From Octopus sinensis (lineage: Eukaryota), in NCBI RefSeq assembly GCF_006345805.1, contig NW_021824891.1, positions 1 to 17,362 of the forward strand: a DNA stretch of 17,362 nt. The letters run 5' to 3'. Position 1 is the first letter of the stretch; each line of letters opens with the position of its first letter. Positions 1 through 8,173 of the stretch are shown piece after piece. The position numbers and the translations under genes were made by a program. Below the pieces are notes generated by a model. The model searched no databases, had not been told where the DNA came from, and saw only the letters and a list, made by a program, of their open reading frames with translations.

Positions 1-189
1 ACATACATGCATATATTATTATTAAATAGACAAGTTAAAACAACGGTCATTACTCATAATTTCTTTATTATAGCAAATGTGGCTTACAGCTGTTTCCAGT
101 AGTTATAGCTAGGTTTACTCAATTGATCTGTTGATCTATTGTTAGCTTGGTGTGCCAACAGAGAGTTTATGAAGTATTGTGCCTGGATT

Positions 190-848
190 GGATGGCTCTC
201 TTGCTCCCCTCACTCTCTTACATTTCTTGGCCCCCTGTTTCTTTAACTCGCAGTTTTCCTCCTCATTTATCTCCCCTGTACCTTTCCCTTTGTCTCTTTG
301 ATTTTTTTCTAATCCTTCAATCCAGCTACCCTCTACCCCCTCTCTCCTCCTACCACGTGACCGGTGTCCGGCCAGCCATGATCTTTCTTTCTTGGCCTGA
401 CTGCTGACCGTCAACACCTCTTATGTCCATGTTATAAGTCCCTGCCTTTAAGCTTTCACTTCATACATGCGAGCTCAATTTGATTCGTTCTCAGTCGAAA
501 GATGCCTGTTGCTATTTTCTTGTGTTTGTATTTGTAATTGTGTAGCATGTTCTCCTTGTTTTGTCTTTGTTGCCGTGCACATTCGCTAGCTTTCTTACAA
601 AAAATCTAATGCTCTTAGCTTAGACTTTTTTTTGGGGGGGGGGCAACCAGATTGAACTGTCCTAAGTGTAACTGCCCGAAACAGTAAGGACATCTAGTAA
701 CTTGACTGAAGAAAGAAGGTCCTTTTTTTTCCCCCTGTCCTAATTGTTTCTCCTGTCTGCCTTTGTATCGTCTGTCTGTCCGAATGTTTTATTGTCCTCT
801 ATTGCGCTTTTGTTCCATTTATATATAATATATATAATATATATATAA
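190..848 (+). mobile_element. Unclassified interspersed repeat, possibly a non-LTR retrotransposon 3' UTR ending in (TA)n
   Basis: Pyrimidine-rich non-coding block ending in a (TA)n tract at 820-848. Its part 364-572 recurs at 4653-4862, so it is repetitive. The class is inferred from architecture only. Confidence 0.4.
364..572 (+). repeat. Dispersed direct repeat, copy 1 (partner 4653-4862)
   Basis: GTGTCCGGCCAG...TTGTCTTTGTTG. About 12 differences in about 210 nt versus copy 2 (about 94%, counted by eye). Confidence 0.95.
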
Positions 849-997
849 TTAATAAATTATTTTATATCCATTGAATCTCTCCGTTTTCAAACTTATTAAT
901 TATATATCTATAGATATGTATAGGTATGCATGTGTATGTATAAATATCTATGTCTCTCTGGGTAATTAGTATTTTTCGGTCGATAACCTATGAAGAA

Positions 998-1091
998 TAT
1001 ATATATATATATATATATATTTATAATAAGAGTAGATCGTATACTAGTGGGTATATATATATATATATATATACATACATACATACATACA

Positions 1092-1122
<31 letters not shown>

Positions 1123-1135
1123 CCATATATATATA
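998..1135. repeat. Compound (TA)n/(TACA)n microsatellite
   Basis: Seen directly; interrupted by about 30 nt of unique sequence. Confidence 0.95.
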
Positions 1136-1136
1136 A

Positions 1137-1353
1137 GGCGTGCTGGCAGAGTCGTTAGCACGCCGGGCAAAATGCTGAGCGGTATTTCCGTCTGTCTTTA
1201 CCTTCTGAGTTCAAATTCCGCCGAAGTCGACTTTGCCTTTCATCTTTTCGGGATCGATAAATTAAGTAGAATTTTACGTACTGGGGTTGATTTACTCGAC
1301 TGGCTCCCTCCCCTAAAAAATTTCGGTCCTTGTGCCAAGAGTAGAAAAGAATA
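1137..1353 (+). mobile_element. tRNA-derived SINE family A, tail type 2
   Basis: Head GGCGTGCTGGCAGAGTCGTTAGCACGCCGGGC, B-box-like GAGTTCAAATTCC, body GTCGACTTTGCCTTTCATC...GATAAATTAAGTA. Tail AAATTTCGGTCCTTGTGCCAAGAGTAGAAAAGAA is shared with the copy at 5969-6184. Homologous to 7426-7660. Confidence 0.93.
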
Positions 1354-1436
1354 TTTATACATACACATAAGTTGAATATGCACTTCTAGCGATGGAATAT
1401 CCAACTTGATTCTTGCTTTTTCTGCTAGGATGGTTG

Positions 1437-1505
1437 CTGCTGTTGTTGTTGTTGTTGTTCTTGTTCTTGTGGTTATTGGCATTGTTGTTGTTGTTGTTGT
1501 TGTTG
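1437..1505. repeat. (GTT)n trinucleotide tract
   Basis: Seen directly. Confidence 0.9.
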
Positions 1506-1589
1506 CCATTTTGAGCAAGAGTTCTGTGGCGCCATCGTTCGCTGATTGGGACTCTTGATAACCCAATTGCTTAATTTTTCAGGTTGAAA

Positions 1590-1656
1590 GTGTGTGAGTG
1601 CGTGAGTGCTTGCGTATGCGTATGTGTGTTTGTGTGTGTGTGTGTGTGTGTATGTG

Positions 1657-1689
<33 letters not shown>

Positions 1690-1871
1690 TATGTGTGTGT
1701 GAGCAAGAGTCCTTGTGCACGCGATTAAAAGACTTAGTACGAGGCTTTGTCGGGCGAGAGACGATAAAAATAGGTGAAAAAGAGAAGAGGTGAGGGTAAG
1801 AAAAGGTTTGTCTATATGTACACGCACGCACACACACACACACATATATACATATACATATACATATACAC

Positions 1872-1902
<31 letters not shown>

Positions 1903-1968
1903 CATATACACACATATATACATACGGCTATAAATGACTAGACCGACAGCTTGAGGAAGGTGAGTGTA

Positions 1969-2010
<42 letters not shown>
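1590..2010. repeat. Cluster of (TG)n, (CA)n/(TACA)n and (TG)n microsatellites
   Basis: Tracts at about 1590-1700, 1817-1925 and 1964-2010. Confidence 0.9.
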
Positions 2011-2012
<2 letters not shown>

Positions 2013-2084
2013 GCATGTAATAAAATATAATGGCGACATCGGAGCAGATGGCCAGCTGATGCTGACGTTGTTGTTGATAATGAA

Positions 2085-2515
2085 GAGGACGACGGCGATT
2101 ACGATGATGATGATGATGACGACGACGATGTGTATAAGGATGATGACGACGACGACAACGAGAATGACAACGGCGACGATGGTGATGATGATGAAGACGA
2201 CGAGAACGAGAACGACCGCGACGGCGAGAACAACGACGACGAATACGATGACGATGATGACGATGATGATATGATGATGATGAAGATGATGATGATGGTG
2301 GTGATGATGATGATATGATGATGGTGATGGTGATGATGATGATGACGATGATGATATGATGATGGTGATGGTGATGATGATGATGACGATGATGACGATG
2401 ATGATGGTGATGGTGATGATGACGATGATGATGGTGATGGTGATGATGATGATATGATGATGACGACGTCGGCCACCATGATGATGATTATGACTATGAT
2501 GATCGTTGTTATCAT
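2085..2515. repeat. Degenerate (GAT/GAC/AAC)n tract with a 41-nt higher-order unit in its 3' half
   Basis: GATATGATGATGGTGATGGTGATGATGATGATGACGATGAT starts at 2312 and again at 2353. Confidence 0.9.
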
Positions 2516-2714
2516 CCTGATTTTTGTTTTTCAGCCCCTTAGCCCCTTAACCCTTAACTCGACTCTGAACAAGAGGTAAAAAAAAAAACCTATAAATCTG
2601 AATGAGAATCCAGTGATTTGCCTTCCATCTTTCGAAAGAATAATACAACAACGACAACAACAACAACAACAAGCGAACGAGTTATCTTATTCAATGTTGT
2701 ACTTTTAACGACAG

Positions 2715-3115
2715 CCATGGGTGACTTAGCTGCTATGTCTAGCAGACCGAGTCACCTCTTAGTATTCCCCGGTGGTGGTGGTGGTGGGTTTGGTGATGCT
2801 GGTGCTGGTGGTGGCCGCGGCGGTAGTAGTGGATGTGGTGGTAGTGGTGGTGGTGAATGTCGAAAAAATGGCGGTAGCAATGGTGGTAGTGTTGGAATGG
2901 TTGGTGGTAGTGGTGGTGGTGGTGGTGGCTATAGAAATGGTGGTGCTGTTGTTGGTAGCTGTGGTGGTGATGACAATAGTAGTGATGGCGATAGTAGTGG
3001 CGGTGGTGGTGGTGGTGGTGGTGGTGGTGGTGATGGTGGTGGTGGTGGTGGTGGTGGCGGCGGCGGCGGCGTGATGAATTCTAAGGCGACAGCGTTGATT
3101 GGCATAGCGACGGAG
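2715..3115 (+). other. Candidate Gly-rich coding exon (unverified; may be only a decayed (GGT)n tract)
   Basis: ACAG acceptor at 2711-2714, GCCATGG context at ATG 2717, 133 open codons (MGDLAAMSSRPSHLLVFPGGGG...VMNSKATALIGIATE), and GAG|GTGAGA donor at 3115/3116. No recognisable homology. Confidence 0.2.
2771..3072. repeat. Degenerate (GGT/GGC)n tract
   Basis: Seen directly. Confidence 0.9.
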
Positions 3116-3496
3116 GTGAGATAGGGATAAGAGGAGAACCGGGTGGAAATGCGAAACGGGTGTGTGAGTGTCGGATGGAAACGATAAACACATATGTGGC
3201 TGGTGTGTGTGTGAGGGGCGGGGGAGACATTTCGGATAATGGGTGAGGGTGGGGTGTATGGAACAGAGATTTGACTGGCGGAAGGATGAAGATGGCTCCG
3301 ATTGAGACTGACATGAATCGGGGTGCTGGGAACGGGGTAAATACATCGGGGAAAAAAGCTGAAGAAAGCGTGGTTTCGAGTAAACGGGTATGGCATCGGG
3401 TATGAGATAGAATATGGGGTGTTTGGAACGAGGTAAGAGTGGTGGTGATTTAAGTGTGGGTTGGTGTGGTGTTGGGAGTAGTGTTGTCTGAATATG

Positions 3497-3687
3497 TATT
3501 TCTTTACTACCCACAAGGAGCTAAACACAGAGGGGACAAACAAGGACAGACAAACGGATTAAGACGATTACATCGACCCCAGTGCGTAACTGGTACTTAA
3601 TTTATCGACCCCGAAAGGATGAAAGGCAAAGTCGACCTCGGCGGAATTTGAACTCAGAACGTTCAAATTCCGCCGAGGTCGACTTTG
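3497..3687 (-). mobile_element. 5'-truncated SINE family A (tail type 1) with fold-back inverted duplication and 15-bp TSD
   Basis: Reverse complement is nearly identical to the 3' part of 7426-7660. TSD TGTTGTCTGAATATG at 3482-3496 and 3686-3700. Perfect 27-bp inverted repeat at 3627-3653 / 3661-3687. Confidence 0.95.
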
Positions 3688-3757
3688 TTGTCTGAATATG
3701 GTGTTGGGAATAGGGTAAGTTATTATGTATGGGAGTGAAGAAACGGATGTGCTTTTA

Positions 3758-3853
3758 GACCCCTGAAAGAAGGAGTCTGATGTTGAGAGACAGAAAACAT
3801 AGTGGTGAAGTGTCCAGTCGTATCATAGGATGATGTATAAAAAAAAAAAAAAA
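3758..3853 (+). mobile_element. Probable 3' end of a HERO-like (RLE-type) non-LTR retrotransposon with poly(A), copy 1
   Basis: About 85% identical to 6313-6413 outside a gap of about 21 nt; followed by A15 at 3839-3853. The motif order GTCTGATGTTGA..GAC..AAAC...TGA.GTGTCC..TG.ATC...GATGTAT matches my recollection of HERO 3' UTRs. The family name is unverified. Confidence 0.6.
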
Positions 3854-4171
3854 GCTTGCTTCCCAACCACATGGTTCCGGGTTCAGTCCCACTGCGTGGC
3901 ATCTTGGGCAAGTATATTCTACTGTAGTCACGAGCCGACTAAAGCCTTATGAGTGTATTTGGTAGGCGGAAACCGAAAGAAGCCAGTCGATAATGTGTGT
4001 GTGTGTGTAGGTGTGTGTGTGTGTGTGTATTTGTGTCTGTGTGTCTTTGAATAGGATAAGTACTAGGTTTACAAAGAATATGTCCTGGGGTCGATTCCTT
4101 CAACTAAAACTCTTTAAGGCAGTGCTCCAGCATGGCCGCAATCAAATGTCTGAAACAAGTAAAAGGGTAAA
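3853..4171 (+). mobile_element. SINE family B, 5'-truncated, with internal (TG)n
   Basis: AGCTTGCTTCCCAACCACATGGTTCCGGGTTCAGTCCCACTGCGTGGC...GTGCTCCAGCATGGCCGCA..CAAATG.CTGAAACAAGTAAAAG; colinear with 13531-13980. Confidence 0.93.
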
Positions 4172-4652
4172 CGAATAGCACTTGTATGAGGAGAGCTAAT
4201 CTAACTGTCGGCTTTCGAATATTATTGGTTTCTCATCAGAGGCTTCTACATCAGTTTGACCAAGTTTTGTGGAGAGAGTAAAGGAAAGAGTGGTGTTGGG
4301 AACAAGGTAAACCTGAGAACGTTGGGAGCATAATACTATGGAGCGAATAAGGAAATGAATGTATTGTTGGGAACAGGGTAGGTACTGGAAATAAGGTAAT
4401 TAAAGTTGGAATTAAAATTACAATGTATAAGAAATAACTGAATGTCTACAACAAGGCAGTTTGCTCGATGATCTACCGATTCTGACATTCTATACAGGAC
4501 GGTCTTAACAACATTATATAGGGTCTAAAAATGTATTAATTGACGGCAAAACACAGCAGATTAGCATTGGGGCCCCGAAACAGTTAAGCTCTCTTCCCGG
4601 AGGTCACTGTGCTTATACCTTAGGACGACACAAATTCTAATGCCGCTTAAGA

Positions 4653-4862
4653 GTGTCCGGCCAGTCATGATCTTTCTTTCTTGGCCTGACTGCTGACCGC
4701 CAACACCTCTTATGTTCATGTTATAAATCCCTGCCTTTAGGCTTTCACTTCATACATGCCAGTTCAATTCGATTCGTTCTCAGTCGAAAGATGCCTATTG
4801 TTATTTTCTTGTTGTTTGTATTTGTAATTGTGTAGCATGTTCTCCGTGTTTTGTCTTTGTTG
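4653..4862 (+). repeat. Dispersed direct repeat, copy 2 (partner 364-572)
   Basis: About 94% identical to 364-572 by manual alignment. Confidence 0.95.
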
Positions 4863-4898
4863 AAACTCTCCTGCAATATTGGTTTGCCTAGGACGTTG

Positions 4899-4925
4899 GA
4901 AGGACAAACACAGACACACAAGCAT

Positions 4926-4958
<33 letters not shown>

Positions 4959-4961
4959 TAG

Positions 4962-5002
<41 letters not shown>

Positions 5003-5140
5003 GACGGGCTTCTTTTAGTTTCCGTCAACCCAATCTACTCACGAGGCAAGACACTTGGCCAAAGTGCCACGGAGTGGGACTGAACGCGGACCCATATAGT
5101 TGGTAAGCAAGTTACTTACTACACAGCCACTCCTGCGCCT
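4899..5140 (-). mobile_element. SINE family B with internal deletion and expanded internal (TA)/(TACA) microsatellite
   Basis: Reverse complement of head AGGCGCAGGAGTGGCTGTGTAGTAAGTAAC at 5110-5140; body to ACGACGGGCTTC at 5001; GACAAACACAGACACAC post-microsatellite segment at about 4903. Confidence 0.88.
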
Positions 5141-5226
5141 ATATATATATATATATATATATATTATACATATATATGTATGCACACATACACATGCATA
5201 CATAACATGCATACATACACATTTAT

Positions 5227-5274
<48 letters not shown>

Positions 5275-5452
5275 CCTATACATACATACATGTATGTATG
5301 TATATCGGTTGTGTAACATATGTGGATGTATGTGATACATTGACGAAATATTATCTGCTCTAGAACTCAGTATTAATTTTAAGTCATATATATATATATA
5401 TATATTAGATATATATATATATATATATTATATATATGGAGAGAGAGAGAGA

Positions 5453-5484
<32 letters not shown>

Positions 5485-5485
5485 C
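5141..5485. repeat. (TA)n/(TACA)n and (GA)n microsatellite cluster
   Basis: Seen directly, with a short unique interval at about 5300-5385. Confidence 0.9.
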
Positions 5486-5720
5486 TCAGACACAGACATA
5501 GATATAAAACAGTGACAAGAACTTATAAATTTAAACCTGCTGTCTCCTGTCAGAGGAATCAGCTAGGCGTAACTTATGACTTATGGCATAAAATGCATAC
5601 ATATAGACACTGTTTATGTTTTAAAATACATGCTTATATACACACGCACATTTACATGCATATATGTATGTATGTATGTATGCATACTTGTATGTATGAG
5701 TATATGTATGCGTATAGTAG

Positions 5721-5968
5721 TTCTTTCGGCTATTGTCAAAAAGCTTATTTTTGCCAAAAGCTTATCTTGGGCGGGGAAGTATGCAGTCGATTACATCGAC
5801 CCCACAGCTCAACTGGTACTTATTTTCGTTGATCCTGAAAGGATGAAAGGTGAAGGCGTCCTCGGCGAAATTCGAACTCTAAACGTATACTGGAAGAAAC
5901 TCTGCCGAAAACTCTGGAAGAAAATCCTTCCACGGGAATCGAACCATGCGTCATCGGCGTGCTAACGA
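5721..5968 (-). mobile_element. Older, diverged SINE family A copy carrying a foreign B-box module (5921-5954)
   Basis: AGTCGATTACATCGACCCC...CTGGTACTTATTTT...GAAAGGATGAAAGG...CTCGGCGAAATTCGAACTC matches the family A body. CGGCGTGCTAACGATT at 5955-5970 matches the head. Confidence 0.8.
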
Positions 5969-6184
5969 TTTTCTTTTCTGCTCTAGGCACAAGGCCCGAA
6001 ATTTTGGGCGAGGGGGGGTCAATCGATTAGATCGACCCCAGTACGCAACTGGTCCTTAATTTATCGACTCCGAAAGGATGAAAGGCAAAGTCAACGTCGG
6101 CGGAATTTGAACTCAGAACGTAAAGACAGACGAAGTACCGCTAAGCATTTCGCCCGGCGTGCTAACGTTTCTGCCAGCTCGCCG
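5969..6184 (-). mobile_element. Near full-length SINE family A, tail type 2
   Basis: Reverse complement reads GGCGAGCTGGCAGAAACGTTAGCACGCCGGGCGAAATGC...TTCTGAGTTCAAATTCCGCC...AAAATTTCGGGCCTTGTGCCTAGAGCAGAAAAGAA. Confidence 0.95.
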
Positions 6185-6186
6185 TA

Positions 6187-6413
6187 AGCGCATGGAAGGC
6201 CATTAGGGTTGGGGAGTGGAGGCAGCGTGGATTGGTTCGAGGTGGCCGTGGAACGGGAGGTTCGAGTCCTGCAAATGACTGTGCTAATTTGACACATGTT
6301 GCGGCTTGTTGAACCCCTGAATGAGGGAGTCTGATGTTAAGAGACCCAAAACATCATATGACTCCAGGAAGCATCATTGATGAAGTGTCCAAGTGCATCA
6401 CAGGATGATGTAT
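6187..6413 (+). mobile_element. Probable 3' end of a HERO-like non-LTR retrotransposon, copy 2
   Basis: 6313-6413 is homologous to 3758-3838 and folds into two hairpins. 6187-6312 may be a decayed ORF end (SAWKAIRV...), which is weakly supported. The family name is from memory. Confidence 0.55.
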
Positions 6414-6510
6414 GAAAACACCTATACATATATTTATATACAACTGTCGATGAATAGGCACGTCCATATCTTGTGTGTGAATTTCCGTTCGTTCCTTTGA
6501 TGGGCTTCTG

Positions 6511-6546
<36 letters not shown>

Positions 6547-7425
6547 TTGTGTATAGAAGAACATATTAATCAATGAAATTCCAACATAATCTGATTTCCA
6601 CGTTTTATTATTTACAATTTTTTGCAATTTTACAATATTGCAATAAAGGAATATTATATAATTACTGCGATAAAACTAGTACTTTCATGCGTTGCCTAAT
6701 CCTCAGGTTTTTGTAGTTGTAGTGACAGCTGTGTTCAACAATTGACAGCTCGTATGCGTCATTATTCAGTCTTATTACAAGATTTCTTGAGAGACGGTTT
6801 CTAACCTAGATCCAAGGCTCCTTCTTTGGAATTTCAACAACATCAACATGGTATTTTTGCATGTATATGTATATGTGCAGATTTGTATGTTTTGTTTTAT
6901 GTGAATATTTTCATGCATATAGTTGTATCAAATCCACAACTAGTTTGAAACCGCCGCTTCGCAGCTGTAATGAGTTCCTTCAGCTAAGGCAGATCACTGC
7001 CGTTTTATCCATACGCCTCCAGCTCCGATTGGTTGGAATCTTCCACAGCACAACTGAACTATGCCACAGCAACAAAATAGATCTTTCCTGTCTCGCTACA
7101 GTATTTTTTATAACCAAGGCTAATTTAGCTGTTTCTCTGTAGATTGAAGAAAATAATAAACAATTTAATCGAATTATGAATTTGAGTGAATTCTCATCAG
7201 AAGAGTCTTCATCAAATAGATCGATCCCAGAGAAACAAGTAGCCAATTTGTTTATATAATCAACAATTACAGTAGTTACAGAGAAATGGAATTGCTCATT
7301 TGCATATCGGGAGTGTTAACACTTTATTTATTTTCCTAAAAGATGTCAGGAGCCTGATAACGAGGAACTGAGACCTCACAGTGTCATGGTATGATATAAT
7401 ATATGTAACATATATAGTACCTATA

Positions 7426-7660
7426 GAAGGCGGCGAGCTGGCAGAAACGTTAGCACGCCGGGCGAAATGCGTAGCCGTATTTCGTCTGCTGTTACGTTCT
7501 GAGTTCAAATTCCGCCGAGGTCGACTTTGCCTTTCATCCTTTCGGGGTCGATAAATTAAGTACCAGTTACGCACTGGGGTCGATGTAATCGACTTAATCC
7601 GTTTGTCTGTCCTTGTTTGTTCCCTCTGTGTTTAGCCCCTTGTGGGTAGTAAAGAAATAT
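7426..7660 (+). mobile_element. Full-length young SINE family A, tail type 1, with 16-bp TSD
   Basis: TSD ATATATAGTACCTATA at 7410-7425 and 7661-7676; tRNA-like head with A-box-like TGGCAGAAACGTT and B-box-like GAGTTCAAATTCC. Confidence 0.96.
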
Positions 7661-7762
7661 ATATATAGTACCTATATAAACAAGACTAACTATTTCCCGT
7701 AGCTCGAAAAAAATAATAATAATAATAATAAGACGTTAAAAAATATTGCTAAACACAGAAAG

Positions 7763-7867
7763 AAAAAAAATCCTTCCACGGGAATCGAACCATGCATCAT
7801 TCGGTTGCCATTCAATACCATTATCAATAATTAAACATATAGGTCCAACCATTTCCGCCAGTCAAAT
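7763..7867 (-). ncRNA. Candidate Pol III type-2 cassette (tRNA-like head, not a foldable tRNA)
   Basis: On the minus strand: A-box-like TGGCGGAAATGG (7860-7849), B box GGTTCGATTCCC (7791-7780) and a T8 terminator (7770-7763). No cloverleaf forms. Confidence 0.35.
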
Positions 7868-8100
7868 TAGCAATTATAAGCGTCATAACAGATAAACAAT
7901 ATTAGCTCAGCTCATATCACGTGAGTTACATAAATACGTTCGTCACCATTCAATCACCAGGTTTTGATTGTGCCTCTGTTAACACACTCTTGCCTTACAG
8001 CACTCTCTGTGATGCCAATAGTAATTAGCTGCAACGTAAACGGGTCAATGCTTAAAATATAACATATCCATAAATATATATACGTACATATACATTTTTT

Positions 8101-8102
<2 letters not shown>

Positions 8103-8170
<68 letters not shown>
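8103..8170. repeat. (TA)n microsatellite
   Basis: Seen directly. Confidence 0.95.

Positions 8171-8173
<3 letters not shown>

Larger units (their letters stand above)
3323..4399 (+). repeat. Dispersed array of an 18-nt motif GTGTTGGGAACRRGGTAA (6 copies plus partials)
   Basis: Copies at 3323-3340, 3419-3436, 3701-3718, 4293-4310, 4364-4381 and 4382-4399; partials near 3469 and 4320. Confidence 0.8.

Noticed and set aside
1430-1558. 42-aa Val-rich ORF MVAAVVVVVVLVLVVIGIVVVVVVVAILSKSSVAPSFADWDS resembling a signal or transmembrane peptide
   Set aside because: The hydrophobicity comes from the (GTT)n tract, and nothing else supports it.
2535-2575. Possible 41-nt micro-exon (TTTTCAG|...AAGAG|GTAAA) and telomere-like CCCTTA units
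   Set aside because: Its only open frame is phase-incompatible with the candidate exon at 2715. The CCCTTA/G units number only three and are not CCCTAA.
2720-2756. Small hairpin GGTGACT...CTGCTA-TGTC-TAGCAG...AGTCACC
   Set aside because: About 14 bp in total, no SECIS, IRE or other known motif, and plausible by chance in 17 kb.
3269-3283. Exact 15-mer ATTTGACTGGCGGAA matching the reverse complement of 7853-7867
   Set aside because: One such match is roughly expected by chance in a window this size, and there is no flanking homology.
3323-4399. CRISPR interpretation of the 18-nt motif array
   Set aside because: Eukaryotic context, repeats too short and variable, spacers from 0 to over 500 nt, and no cas genes.
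6313-6423. H/ACA snoRNA reading of the two-hairpin segment ending in ACA-CCT
   Set aside because: No ANANNA hinge on either strand. The homologous copy at 3758 ends in poly(A), which fits a retroposon 3' end better.
6980-7246. PIF/Harbinger transposase assignment for the 88-aa minus ORF
   Set aside because: Only a vague acidic N-terminus and an RMDK motif; no catalytic motifs or TIRs found.
7298-7305. Octamer ATTTGCAT here and at 16485-16492, with nearby homeodomain-like sites
   Set aside because: About one occurrence is expected by chance at this base composition, and no snRNA gene or promoter context is visible.
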